From NCBI GenBank assembly GCA_019057385.1, contig JAHQJS010000005.1, forward strand, positions 128,699-192,698: a stretch of 64,000 nt of DNA, in the 5' to 3' direction. The notes beneath the pieces are model-generated. The model saw only the letters and a program-made list of their open reading frames with translations, ran no database searches and was not told the DNA's origin. The position numbers were made by a program, and so were the translations under genes. Of this stretch, positions 22,268 through 32,077 are shown piece after piece. Each line of letters begins with the position of its first letter. Position 1 is the first letter of the stretch. The DNA comes from Candidatus Borrarchaeum weybense. Lineage in GTDB: Archaea; Asgardarchaeota; Sifarchaeia; Borrarchaeales; Borrarchaeaceae.

Positions 22268-22645
22268 TCATTTTGATGCTATGATATCTTTTACACCCAG
22301 TTCTCGCCCGCCAATAATTTCAGTGTGGGTATCACCACACTTGGGACATTTTAAAGATGACATAAGAAGGTTTTGTAGTGGGTCATCTTCTATTGGAGGG
22401 CTCTCTCCTTCATAACCGCATTTCTTGCAACGAATTCTTCCTGGCATTCTCGTTATATTAATCTTAGCATCTTCCGCGATGGTATCTTTCGAAGTAATTT
22501 CTAGTGTAAATCTCAGACGATCTTCGCTGACAACTGTCAGATCGCCAATCTCCACGTTAATTTCTAAGATTTTCTTCGCATCATATTCTTTTGCAGCCTT
22601 AAGAACAGTTTCGATGATGGAAACAGCTAAACTGAGTTCATGCAT
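22268..22645 (-). CDS. hypA: Hydrogenase nickel metallochaperone HypA
   Basis: MHELSLA, two CxxC, GREL. Confidence 0.95.
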   Translation of the reverse strand: MHELSLAVSIIETVLKAAKEYDAKKILEINVEIGDLTVVSEDRLRFTLEITSKDTIAEDAKINITRMPGRIRCKKCGYEGESPPIEDDPLQNLLMSSLKCPKCGDTHTEIIGGRELGVKDIIASK

Positions 22646-22687
22646 CTTTTATGACTCCTTTAATTAAACATTGCATAATTATGTTAT

Positions 22688-23134
22688 TTACGTATTCCAT
22701 TCTTTGTGCGCAATAATACCTCCGAATGAAACAAATCCTCCTCCAATAATGGCCAATATCAAAGCAATTGTGTCCATAAGATTAAATCGAGACTGACTAT
22801 AGACAACACTCCATATGAAAACATCTAAAACAACAAAGCCGAATGCCATGAGACTCAAAGTGGATGCAGCTGACGTTTCACCCAGATATCGTGAGGGTTG
22901 TAAATATCTAGTGTGAAATACTGCCATATCCATATCTGTTGCTGCAGCATATGTTGCAATAGCTGCCAAAAAGTTTGGTATCAACGTGAAGATAATACCT
23001 GGGCTTTCTGGATAATAAAAGAAGGTTGTAATCCAGCTTATAAATAAAGCACCAGTGGCGATTATTAGGATTTGCGTAGCTTTCGTGAAGTCAATTTCAG
23101 TCATAATATCTTCTCTTATTATCGCAAAACTCAC
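22688..23134 (-). CDS. Hypothetical membrane protein (about 4 TM)
   Basis: Four hydrophobic segments; in run of minus-strand genes. Confidence 0.7.
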   Translation of the reverse strand: MSFAIIREDIMTEIDFTKATQILIIATGALFISWITTFFYYPESPGIIFTLIPNFLAAIATYAAATDMDMAVFHTRYLQPSRYLGETSAASTLSLMAFGFVVLDVFIWSVVYSQSRFNLMDTIALILAIIGGGFVSFGGIIAHKEWNT

Positions 23135-23146
23135 AGCGTTTCATTT

Positions 23147-23863
23147 TTATATATTCTGTTCGTGATGTTTCGAAAAATGTGCGTTTATTCGTTTCTTAAT
23201 TCCATTAAGATGCCCTAGCCCAATTACAGCGACTATTTTCTTTTCAGGGAATGTATTAAGCAATGAAATTATGCGTTTTGAAATATAGGCATCCCTTTCT
23301 TGAATTAAGATTCTTGAAATACCTGGAAATTTTTTATGCAGAGTGCCCATGAACTCTGGAAGGATGTCATTCGGATTTGTCTCCAAGTCTAAAAGAGAAT
23401 AACTGATATCTTTCTCAGCCCCAAGGATGCCCTTTACGAGTTCTATTATCAATCGATTCTTCTCAAGACCTACTGATTGAAAACGTTGAAGGGTAATCGG
23501 AAGTGGTTGGTCAACAAAAAAGATTTTTGAACCAGTTTCCTTTGCTGATTTGATAGCAACAAGCATTTCCTCACCTGGGATGACACCAAATTCTTCGCCA
23601 AGCCCTTGTTCAAGGTGAGAAATTAACCAGACCATCAAATTTGTCGAGAAACTCCCTTGGCGCGCAGATAACAGGAGTTCACCAAAACTTAAGGTTGCTT
23701 TAGGCTGTTCTAATAATGCCTCATATCGTCCTTGATCAAGTTCAACTGCGACAATTTCTGGTTTTTTTTCAAGGATCAAATCACGAACTCGCCGTTTACT
23801 CTCAGGACTGACATGAATAGTACCAACAAGAAACAGCCTATCAAAAAGTACTTCGATTTGCAT
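23147..23863 (-). CDS. TraB/GumN family protein
   Basis: LVGTIHVS, VAVELDQGR, PGEEM, ERDAYI, VAVIGLGHLNGI. Confidence 0.9.
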   Translation of the reverse strand: MQIEVLFDRLFLVGTIHVSPESKRRVRDLILEKKPEIVAVELDQGRYEALLEQPKATLSFGELLLSARQGSFSTNLMVWLISHLEQGLGEEFGVIPGEEMLVAIKSAKETGSKIFFVDQPLPITLQRFQSVGLEKNRLIIELVKGILGAEKDISYSLLDLETNPNDILPEFMGTLHKKFPGISRILIQERDAYISKRIISLLNTFPEKKIVAVIGLGHLNGIKKRINAHFSKHHEQNI

Positions 23864-23866
23864 TAA

Positions 23867-24712
23867 CTATTCCGACTCCCAGCGATAACTTTCTTCTGGA
23901 TCCCAGCTATAACTGTCGAATATATGCTCCAGACCACCAGCGAGATCGTTCATACCATCCATCGTTACAGAAGATACAGGGATTACCTCTCCGATGTATC
24001 CCTGCATTTTGAGAGCATTGAGAAGCGTTACATTTAATTCTCTTTGCTGCCCTCTCGTAGAGATTTCCAAGGCATCCGCAAGAACTACTGGATCATTCCA
24101 TCTACAAATCCGTTCTATTTCCTCTTCTGATATCAAGTCTGTCTTTGAGAGCACGGTAATATGGGGGACTGGAAAACGCACCTTTAATGATGCGCCAAGG
24201 AGCACCATTGATACGAAACTGGCAGGCGTTTTTGCAAGTAAAGCATCGATTAAATGAACGACAACGCTGTTTTTACTTAATGCAGTCACAAATAACAAAC
24301 CTGCGCTTCTATAAGCAAAAATCTCCATTTGACCGACAGTATCAACAACAATATAATCTGCATCGAAGCTCTCGATCTCTTTTTTGATGTCGTCAATTTT
24401 TGTAACCAAGATATCGGACGCTGCGATGAGTGCACCGTTCGGTCCTAGACCATATTGTTCTATAATCTGCTCTAAGTTTACATAATCTCTCACATCAACT
24501 TCTGGAGTGTATGGCAATTGACGCACTCCAGGATCCATATTCACTCGAACGACTCTCCAGCCTTCATCAAACAATAGTCCTGATAATTTCAAAGTCAGAG
24601 CAGATTTTCCACTCCCAGCAGTTCCAAGAATGTAAACAATATGAGATGAATCTGATTCCATGCGATATATCTCCCAAGAACATCTTGTTAAACAATAATC
24701 ATTATTTTGCAA
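23867..24712 (-). CDS. GPN-loop GTPase
   Basis: GTAGSGKS, VNMDPG, YGLGPNGAL, DTVGQME. Confidence 0.93.
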   Translation of the reverse strand: MQNNDYCLTRCSWEIYRMESDSSHIVYILGTAGSGKSALTLKLSGLLFDEGWRVVRVNMDPGVRQLPYTPEVDVRDYVNLEQIIEQYGLGPNGALIAASDILVTKIDDIKKEIESFDADYIVVDTVGQMEIFAYRSAGLLFVTALSKNSVVVHLIDALLAKTPASFVSMVLLGASLKVRFPVPHITVLSKTDLISEEEIERICRWNDPVVLADALEISTRGQQRELNVTLLNALKMQGYIGEVIPVSSVTMDGMNDLAGGLEHIFDSYSWDPEESYRWESE

Positions 24713-24984
24713 TCAATTACTAAAAGGGCGTTAAATATTTGCACTTATCACAGAACTTTCTATCCAGATAACAATGAACTTTCATAGAATAGAAAAATTT
24801 TCTAATACTACATGTAAATATATACGATTAAAGACGAAGACACATTAATCAACATATTTGTATATTATATAATAAACCCGCGAAGTGATATCACTCATCA
24901 TCAAGTAGAGTTATTGCAGGCAGTATGTGATGAATCAACTACTCCTCTCTGTCGGAAGGACTGAGTCTCCTTCGGTGATTTAAG

Positions 24985-25272
24985 ATGAATATAAGAGTTT
25001 CTTCTGTGCGTGGTAAAAAGGTATATACCTCTGTAGGAAAGTATCTTGGACATGTTAATAGCTTGAAATTTGATATACAAAGGAATAAAATTGCTTCGCT
25101 TTTAGTCAAAATCGATAGACGCATAAAAAGATTGCAATCTCGTGTTGTTTCAATCCCATATGATTGGGTAACTGCCGTCGGAGATATCGTGATTATTGAT
25201 AAAAAACTGTCAGCTTCTTGGAGTAAAAATAAAGAATCTAATATTCAAAACAAAGATTTTGTTGAATTATAG
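24985..25272 (+). CDS. PRC-barrel domain protein
   Basis: GKKVYTSVGKYLGHV...IPYDWVTAVGDIVII. Confidence 0.85.
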   Translation: MNIRVSSVRGKKVYTSVGKYLGHVNSLKFDIQRNKIASLLVKIDRRIKRLQSRVVSIPYDWVTAVGDIVIIDKKLSASWSKNKESNIQNKDFVEL

Positions 25273-25380
25273 ATATTAAGAGAACAATATCCACAGATAT
25301 TGTTGAAAAAAGTCTCATTTTGAAAAATATTAATGCTACTGCATACACATTGCACTAGATCTTGTCAATATGATCGATTT

Positions 25381-25863
25381 CTATTCTGTGAATATAGTTT
25401 CCTCTGACAAGACAACGATATAATCTGCAGCATTTTCTAATGTTTCACTAAACCCTTCTGTTCTCCCAAGCACGACCGTTTCCTTACCTAATTCCTTTGC
25501 TTTAATGAAAATCGGAAGAAAATTAATATCAGATGTCCAAAAAGCAACTATTTCAAGTTCATCACTGTAAATTAAGTCCATGGCTTCAATCGACATGTAG
25601 ACATCTATATCTCCAGGTACAACAATTGGTAGGTATCCTTTCGTCAATATTTTGTCAATATAGGTATCTGGTAACTGTTGATCGAGAATTACTTTCGCAA
25701 TTCGTAAATCACCAATTGATGCAATAGTTTCATCAATTTTTTCTAGATCTTCCTCAATATTTTCTACAAAAAGATTAGAACCATCGATCAAAAGACCAAG
25801 TTTCTCTTTTTTTACATCTTTCTTTCTACGAAGTACCCTTCCAACTCTGCGAAGAACACTCAA
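25381..25863 (-). CDS. NYN/LabA-like (PIN-fold) protein
   Basis: LLIDGSN, DIDVYM, TSDINFLP, KELGKE, LENAAD. Confidence 0.85.
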   Translation of the reverse strand: MSVLRRVGRVLRRKKDVKKEKLGLLIDGSNLFVENIEEDLEKIDETIASIGDLRIAKVILDQQLPDTYIDKILTKGYLPIVVPGDIDVYMSIEAMDLIYSDELEIVAFWTSDINFLPIFIKAKELGKETVVLGRTEGFSETLENAADYIVVLSEETIFTE

Positions 25864-26312
25864 ACTGTCACCTTCCTAGCAACATATGTACATTGAACAT
25901 AACATTGTATATGACTTTTGATATAAGATTTCTCGATAGTTTCACCTATGCGAGTATCTTCTTTCTTTAAAAATGCAGTGATCTATCACTCATTGAATTA
26001 GTGGACTTAATATTCATTGCTGAATTGTTTGACTTGGAATAGTGCATTTCATATTGCTAAAGTCAATATAACTGCAAAGGGATTATATTTGCGAATCAGG
26101 CATAGTGCACCTAACTAAAAGCACCTAAACGTCTAAAATGGAAATCTTTATGAGTGCACCCAGCGATGTAGGTGTACATTTATTTCATAGATTATATGAA
26201 TATTTATATCTATTTGTCAGGACATCTTCTCTACAACGAATATCATCTATATCAGTCCATTCTCACCAATATTAAAAGATAAGAAACTTCGACAGTGAAA
26301 AGGTGAGTACTA

Positions 26313-27089
26313 GTGAATTTGATTTCTCCCATCTACAAACTTTACAAAGCGTGGTTAAAAAGACAGATCAAAAATGGAGATGAAACCCGGCAACCTCCGC
26401 ACCACATTGGTATAATACTAGACGGAAATAGACGATTCGCGCGTGAAAAGGGATTGGATGTCTGGATGGGGCATCAATTTGGTGCTGCCAAAATAAATGC
26501 AGTTCTTGATTGGTGTTGGGAGGCTGGCATTAAGATTGTAACCATTTATTCCTTTTCGACAGAAAACTTTTCGCGACCCTTACAAGAAGTCGCTGAAATT
26601 ATGAAAATTGCTATTCAAAAGTTTGAAGAAATTCTTACTAATCCGAAAATCCACTCACGTGAGGTCCGAGTTAAGGCTATTGGACGTGTTAAAGACCTCC
26701 CAAAGAGTGTACAGGAATCAATAACTAGAGCCGAAGAGGCTACTAAACATTATGATAAACATTATCTTAATGTCGCCATAGGTTATGGTGGTCGTGCCGA
26801 ACTAGTTGATGCGTTTAGAAATATTGCTTCACTGATAGAGGAAGGGCAAATAGAGCCTGATGAGGTCACAGAAAAGACAGTTGAACAATTTTTATACACG
26901 TCTGGGATACCAGATCCAGATCTGATCATCAGAACCTCAGGAGAAGAACGCCTCAGTGGTTTCCTTCTTTGGCAAAGTGCTTATTCTGAATTGTACTTTG
27001 CAGATGTTTTTTGGCCCGAGTTTAGAGAAATTGATTTGTTACGAGCTATTAGAACCTACCAACATAGAAAAAGACGATTCGGTTCTTAA
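26313..27089 (+). CDS. uppS: cis-prenyltransferase (UppS family)
   Basis: HIGIILDGNRR, FSTENF, YGGRAE, PDLIIRTSGEERLSGFLLWQ. Confidence 0.96.
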   Translation: MNLISPIYKLYKAWLKRQIKNGDETRQPPHHIGIILDGNRRFAREKGLDVWMGHQFGAAKINAVLDWCWEAGIKIVTIYSFSTENFSRPLQEVAEIMKIAIQKFEEILTNPKIHSREVRVKAIGRVKDLPKSVQESITRAEEATKHYDKHYLNVAIGYGGRAELVDAFRNIASLIEEGQIEPDEVTEKTVEQFLYTSGIPDPDLIIRTSGEERLSGFLLWQSAYSELYFADVFWPEFREIDLLRAIRTYQHRKRRFGS

Positions 27090-27184
27090 TGGTTAATTCT
27101 TAAGCTTTTTATTGTTTAGAAAGGACTAATCTTTATCTTGATTCTCTAAAAGAGTGTATTGAAATTACCTTTGAGGCTAATTAA

Positions 27185-27586
27185 ATGCCATTAACTTCTA
27201 TTACAGGCAAACCCGTAGTTTCTGGCAAGGTTAGAGGAGATATATTATTTTCATCAGAAACTATCTCATTTCTTGGTGGCGTTAACCCAAAAACGGGAAT
27301 TGTGATCGCTCGTAACCATAATTTAGAAGGAAAATCTATTAAGGACACAATCCTTGTTTTTCCACACGGGAAGGGCTCAACTGTTGGATCTTATGTCCTT
27401 TATTCACTTGCAAAGAATAATGTAGCTCCAAAAGCCATAATTAATCGAATAGGCGATCCAGTTGTCGTTGTAGGTGCAATTATTGGAGAGATACCCATGC
27501 TTATTGATGTAGACATTGATCTACTACATGATGGAATGACAGTTGAAGTTGACGCGGACCAAGGGATTATTAAAATTTTAGACTAA
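27185..27586 (+). CDS. Aconitase X small subunit (phosphomevalonate dehydratase small subunit)
   Basis: ISFLGGVNP, KGSTVGSY. Confidence 0.9.
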   Translation: MPLTSITGKPVVSGKVRGDILFSSETISFLGGVNPKTGIVIARNHNLEGKSIKDTILVFPHGKGSTVGSYVLYSLAKNNVAPKAIINRIGDPVVVVGAIIGEIPMLIDVDIDLLHDGMTVEVDADQGIIKILD

Positions 27587-27601
27587 AAGGCAGGGTCAGA
27601 T

Positions 27602-28813
27602 ATGTTTTTGACTGCTAAAGAAGAACGAATTCTTGATGGAGAAGAGGGTTACGCTCGCCAGTTAGCAATGAAAATCGTTGTTAAGCTAGGAGACATCTTT
27701 TCTGCAGACAAACTTATTCCCATAACTGCTGCACATATCTCAGGTGCGTCCTACAAGACTATTGGTGATGCACCAATCGCGTTTTTAGAGGATTTAGTAA
27801 AAAATGGTGCACGAGCTACGGTCAAAGCGACTTTAAATCCCATTGGTTTCGATCTTCACGATTACAAGAATTGGTCTCTTTCGCAAACCGTCATTGAGAA
27901 GCAAAAGTATATTATCCATCTGTATGAAAAGTTGAGCATTGAGCCTATATTGAGTTGTACTCCCTACGTGTTGGAAAACTTTCATCTATCTCTTGGCGAT
28001 CATATTGCATTTTCCGAATCCTCAGCGTGTGTTTATACAAATTCGGTTATTGGTGCAAGAACCAATCGTGAAGGCGGACCAAGCGCATTAGCAAGTGCAA
28101 TTATTGGAAAGACAGCAAACTATGGATTACATATCACAGAAATGCGTCAACCTAAATTGCTAGTTGAGGTAGAAAACCCACCTAAAGAATATGCCGAATT
28201 TGGAATGCTCGGCACTTATGTAGGACGATTAGCTCGGGACAATATCCCAATCTTTCAAGGTATTCGAAACGCTACAAATAATCAATTAAAGTACTTAGGT
28301 GCTGGACTTGCTTCGACTGGAATGGTTGCTATGTTTCATATGCTTGGAATAACACCTGAAGCTAAAGAAATTGATGTAAAAGAATATAGCGAGAAAATAA
28401 CTGTATCACAAGATGAATTGAATAATGAACTAAATAAACTCTCTACAACAGATAATGTTCCAGACTTAATTTTCATAGGATGCCCACATTGCTCTCTTCA
28501 AGAAATACAAGAAATTGCAGCCTATCTGCAAAACAAAAAAGTGAGAGATGATCTTAAATTATGGGTTTGTACCTCTCAGGAAATAAAGAAAAGTGCACAA
28601 CAAGAGATAAAAACAATTGAAAACTCGGGCGCCAAAGTAATTTGTGATACGTGCATCGTTGTTGCATATCTTGAGCAGTTAGGCATCAAAACTATGATGA
28701 CAAGTTCTGCGAAAGCTGCGAACTACACACCACATTTCTGTGATATTGACTCTGTGATGAATACCGTTCAAGGCTGTCTCGAAACTGCTACTACCAAACT
28801 CAAAGATATATAG
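27602..28813 (+). CDS. Aconitase X large subunit (phosphomevalonate dehydratase large subunit)
   Basis: AHISGASY, SCTPY, ESSA..NSVIGARTNREG, IGCPHCS, DTCIVV. Confidence 0.92.
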   Translation: MFLTAKEERILDGEEGYARQLAMKIVVKLGDIFSADKLIPITAAHISGASYKTIGDAPIAFLEDLVKNGARATVKATLNPIGFDLHDYKNWSLSQTVIEKQKYIIHLYEKLSIEPILSCTPYVLENFHLSLGDHIAFSESSACVYTNSVIGARTNREGGPSALASAIIGKTANYGLHITEMRQPKLLVEVENPPKEYAEFGMLGTYVGRLARDNIPIFQGIRNATNNQLKYLGAGLASTGMVAMFHMLGITPEAKEIDVKEYSEKITVSQDELNNELNKLSTTDNVPDLIFIGCPHCSLQEIQEIAAYLQNKKVRDDLKLWVCTSQEIKKSAQQEIKTIENSGAKVICDTCIVVAYLEQLGIKTMMTSSAKAANYTPHFCDIDSVMNTVQGCLETATTKLKDI

Positions 28814-28855
28814 GGGAATTATCTAAAAGGTTTCTCATAGGAGAGTGCGAAAAAA

Positions 28856-30184
28856 ATGGATTTACGTACATTTTTAAGGGAGCAAGAAACGAATGGACGT
28901 CTTATCAAGGTCAATAAACCTGTTTCGCTCAAATATGAACTTTCTGCTTTATTAAAAAAGTTAGATGGTGGATCGACGATCATTTTTGAGAATATTGATG
29001 CAAATCAGATGAAGATAGTCGGAAATACTTGTGCATCGAGACAATCGCTTTGTATGGCGCTTCAAACAGATATGAAATCCCTTCATGATACTATAATAAA
29101 TGCAACGAAATCTCCCCGTGTACCAAACAAAATTTCTTTCTCTTTGTTAGAAGATAGAGTGCAATATGCACCGGATCTCTCACGCTTGCCAATTCCTACA
29201 TTTTATGAGAAAGATCGTGGACCATACCTAACTGCGTCTTTAGTCTTTGCAAAGAGTCCCACTTCTGGTGTTCAAAATGCTTCATTTCATCGAATGCTGG
29301 TGATCAATAAAAGACAACTTGCTATTCGATTAGTGCCACGCAATCTCTATAAATTTTACCAACTAGCAAAAGAGTCAAACCAATCATTACCAATTGCGAT
29401 AGCTATCGGGCTACACCCAGCGGTGCATATTGGTGCATCAACACCGCTCCCCTCTGAATTTGATGAAATGAGTGTTGCTAACGCTTTAATGAATGATGCG
29501 CTAAAAACGGTTTCAACACCATCTCTTCAGATTGATGTACCAAGTCATGCAGAAATCATTCTGGAGGGCTATATTCATCAAGATGAAACTGTTGAGGGAC
29601 CATTTACTGATATCACTGGTACTTACGATGAAACTCGATCGCAACCAATAGTAGAAATAACCAATATGATTTTTAGGAAAGATGCAATGTTTCAGACAAT
29701 CTTACCGGGTGGTATGGAACATAAAATATTAATGGGCTTTCCAAAAGAGGCAAAAATTTATGAATACGCGAAAAATGTTGTTCCTGATGTCCATGCAGTC
29801 AATTTAAGTGCGGGTGGGTCTGGCTGGTTGCATGCTATCATATCCATAACTAAACAAAAACAAGGAGATGCAAAGAACGCTATATTTGCTGCATTTGCAG
29901 CGCATCCAAGTCTAAAAATCTGTACTGTAGTTGATGAAGATATTAACGTTTACGATATTAATGATGTAGAATGGGCTATCTGTACAAGAATGCAGGCCGA
30001 TGAAGATGTTTTTATTCTCCCAAAATGCCGGGGTTCGAGTTTAGATCCGTCAGGAGATCAGGATGCCTTGCTAACAACAAAGGTAGGAATTGACGCCACA
30101 AGGGATTTAACGAAACCAAAAGAACACTTTGAAAAAGCTAAAATCCCTGGAGAAGATGAAATCAATCCCGCGCAATATTTTTGA
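28856..30184 (+). CDS. UbiD-family decarboxylase (probable anhydromevalonate phosphate decarboxylase)
   Basis: NASFHRM, EGPFTDITGTY, VVDEDI, GSSLDPS, KVGIDAT; operon with AcnX genes. Confidence 0.88.
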   Translation: MDLRTFLREQETNGRLIKVNKPVSLKYELSALLKKLDGGSTIIFENIDANQMKIVGNTCASRQSLCMALQTDMKSLHDTIINATKSPRVPNKISFSLLEDRVQYAPDLSRLPIPTFYEKDRGPYLTASLVFAKSPTSGVQNASFHRMLVINKRQLAIRLVPRNLYKFYQLAKESNQSLPIAIAIGLHPAVHIGASTPLPSEFDEMSVANALMNDALKTVSTPSLQIDVPSHAEIILEGYIHQDETVEGPFTDITGTYDETRSQPIVEITNMIFRKDAMFQTILPGGMEHKILMGFPKEAKIYEYAKNVVPDVHAVNLSAGGSGWLHAIISITKQKQGDAKNAIFAAFAAHPSLKICTVVDEDINVYDINDVEWAICTRMQADEDVFILPKCRGSSLDPSGDQDALLTTKVGIDATRDLTKPKEHFEKAKIPGEDEINPAQYF

Positions 30185-30239
30185 TTCATTAGAAGTCTTC
30201 TTTGAGATGGAATTTGGTTGTTTAACAGAGTGAAATTAT

Positions 30240-31325
30240 ATGAGAGGAGTTAACGGAAGAGGAGGGTACAGTCTGACAAACAAGAGCCAGTATCTCCCAC
30301 TTCTTCAAATTATTGAAGGCAAAGAGGTTGTCAAAGTTGGTAGTATCCAGAAAATCAAGAACGTACTTATTTCTTCACAAAGAGGTGCCTATGATACTCC
30401 ACGAAAAATGACCTCGACATTTATGAGCATGTTTAAGACTTGGAATAAACGAACTGAAACCGTAGACAAGAAATATTGCCGATTTTGTAATCTAGATCTT
30501 GCGGAAACTGAAAATTCCTTCCTAATTCAGGTAGCTGATCATCAAGAACGATCACCAGCTCCAATTGATACACAAAAAGACTTTATTGAAAGAGGATTTT
30601 TAGTTCTCATTAATCCTCAACCATGGCAAATGATCCAAGAAATCTTAGTACTAAAACGTCATGTAGAAACAATTTATGACTTTTCAATGACTGAGCATGA
30701 AAATCTCTTCTATTGTGCACTAAGTTGCTGGCAACGTTATTCCGCCCTAAAAACTGAGTTACAATTGCATGCAGAGATGTCGTTAAAAGAAAGTTGGCTA
30801 ACCTTATTCACAAATGATAGAATGGGTGCGACAGTTTTGCATGCTCATAGCCAACCAGGCGTTAGCCTACTACCTCCAGGAAAGGAAACGAAACCTGAAT
30901 TCCTTTCACAAGAGGCATGGAATTTTGCAGAAACAGATGCCTTTTCTGTATCAACTGTTCCAGGCAGAAACAATGAAATCGTTGTTTTTTCGAAAAGATC
31001 ATATACTATTGATGAACTAAACATGATTACGATAAGCGAACAGTTAGGGCTAATACGTACCGCAATTCTGGATTTATATAATGATCTTTTTGGAGGAAAA
31101 TTGCCTCTTAACGAAGGCATGTTTTTAAAATTCGACAGTCCTTCAATTTTGGTTTACGTTATTGTACCTTATTTTAATGAGGGAGCACCTCAAAGGTTAT
31201 TGAATCTGCAATATTATTCTGGAACTCCAAGAGAAGTAGCACAAAATATAGCCATAAAGTTGCAACAACTTGATGAGTGGAAAATGTTTGAAAAACAGGG
31301 ACTAAAACTTACCATCATGGTTTAA
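30240..31325 (+). CDS. Divergent HIT/GalT-like protein
   Basis: CRFC and GATVLHAHSQ (HxHxQ) motifs. Confidence 0.6.
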   Translation: MRGVNGRGGYSLTNKSQYLPLLQIIEGKEVVKVGSIQKIKNVLISSQRGAYDTPRKMTSTFMSMFKTWNKRTETVDKKYCRFCNLDLAETENSFLIQVADHQERSPAPIDTQKDFIERGFLVLINPQPWQMIQEILVLKRHVETIYDFSMTEHENLFYCALSCWQRYSALKTELQLHAEMSLKESWLTLFTNDRMGATVLHAHSQPGVSLLPPGKETKPEFLSQEAWNFAETDAFSVSTVPGRNNEIVVFSKRSYTIDELNMITISEQLGLIRTAILDLYNDLFGGKLPLNEGMFLKFDSPSILVYVIVPYFNEGAPQRLLNLQYYSGTPREVAQNIAIKLQQLDEWKMFEKQGLKLTIMV

Positions 31326-31387
31326 ACTTCAGGTGTATCATGCTTGAGTGGCATTAAACAATTATTTCACGCAATACACTGATGTAA

Positions 31388-31972
31388 TCAATAATAGACC
31401 CTATTCATTATGATTTTTCCTTTATCTGAAAATCTCACTCCTTCCATTTCCAGCAAGACCCGCTTCATTTTCACGCCACCTTGGTAACCCCCTAGACTAC
31501 CGTCAGTTTTTACCGCTCGATGACATGGGATGATTATGGGAAAGGGGTTTCGAGCAAGAGCGTTACCTACTGCCCTCGCGCCATTCGGGATTCCTATATA
31601 TTCTGCAATTCGTTTGTAGGTACTGATCCAGCCTCTAGGTATCTCATATTCAGCAAGGATTACCCTTTTCTGTGTAGCATAACATCTATCTAAATCGACT
31701 AAGTTTAAATCAAAATCTACTTTCTTGCCGTCTAAAAACATGAGGATCTTTTCACTAAGTTCTGTGATTAAGGGAGATGCCCCCGAATCAACTTGTTGAA
31801 AAGACGCTCGAACTTTATTTTCAGATGATGACTTTACATCGCTTAAAAATATCCTTTGGATAAGTATGCCCGATTGAATTTCTCTCCAAACAATGCTGAT
31901 ATTATCAAAAGGAGTAGAGAATATAGTGTAAAATATTTTCAATTCACATCGCCAATTTATAGTTTCTATCAC
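31388..31972 (-). CDS. ogt: O6-methylguanine-DNA methyltransferase
   Basis: ARAVGNALARNP, IPCHR, GGY. Confidence 0.95.
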   Translation of the reverse strand: MIETINWRCELKIFYTIFSTPFDNISIVWREIQSGILIQRIFLSDVKSSSENKVRASFQQVDSGASPLITELSEKILMFLDGKKVDFDLNLVDLDRCYATQKRVILAEYEIPRGWISTYKRIAEYIGIPNGARAVGNALARNPFPIIIPCHRAVKTDGSLGGYQGGVKMKRVLLEMEGVRFSDKGKIIMNRVYY

Positions 31973-32077
31973 TCCTCCAAATACTTTTACAAAATAAAGG
32001 GAAGCGTAGAATATGGTAAAAAGCTAGAAACTAAAGGTTTAATTCGATAATTAGAGATTGATACTTCCTTCAATATA

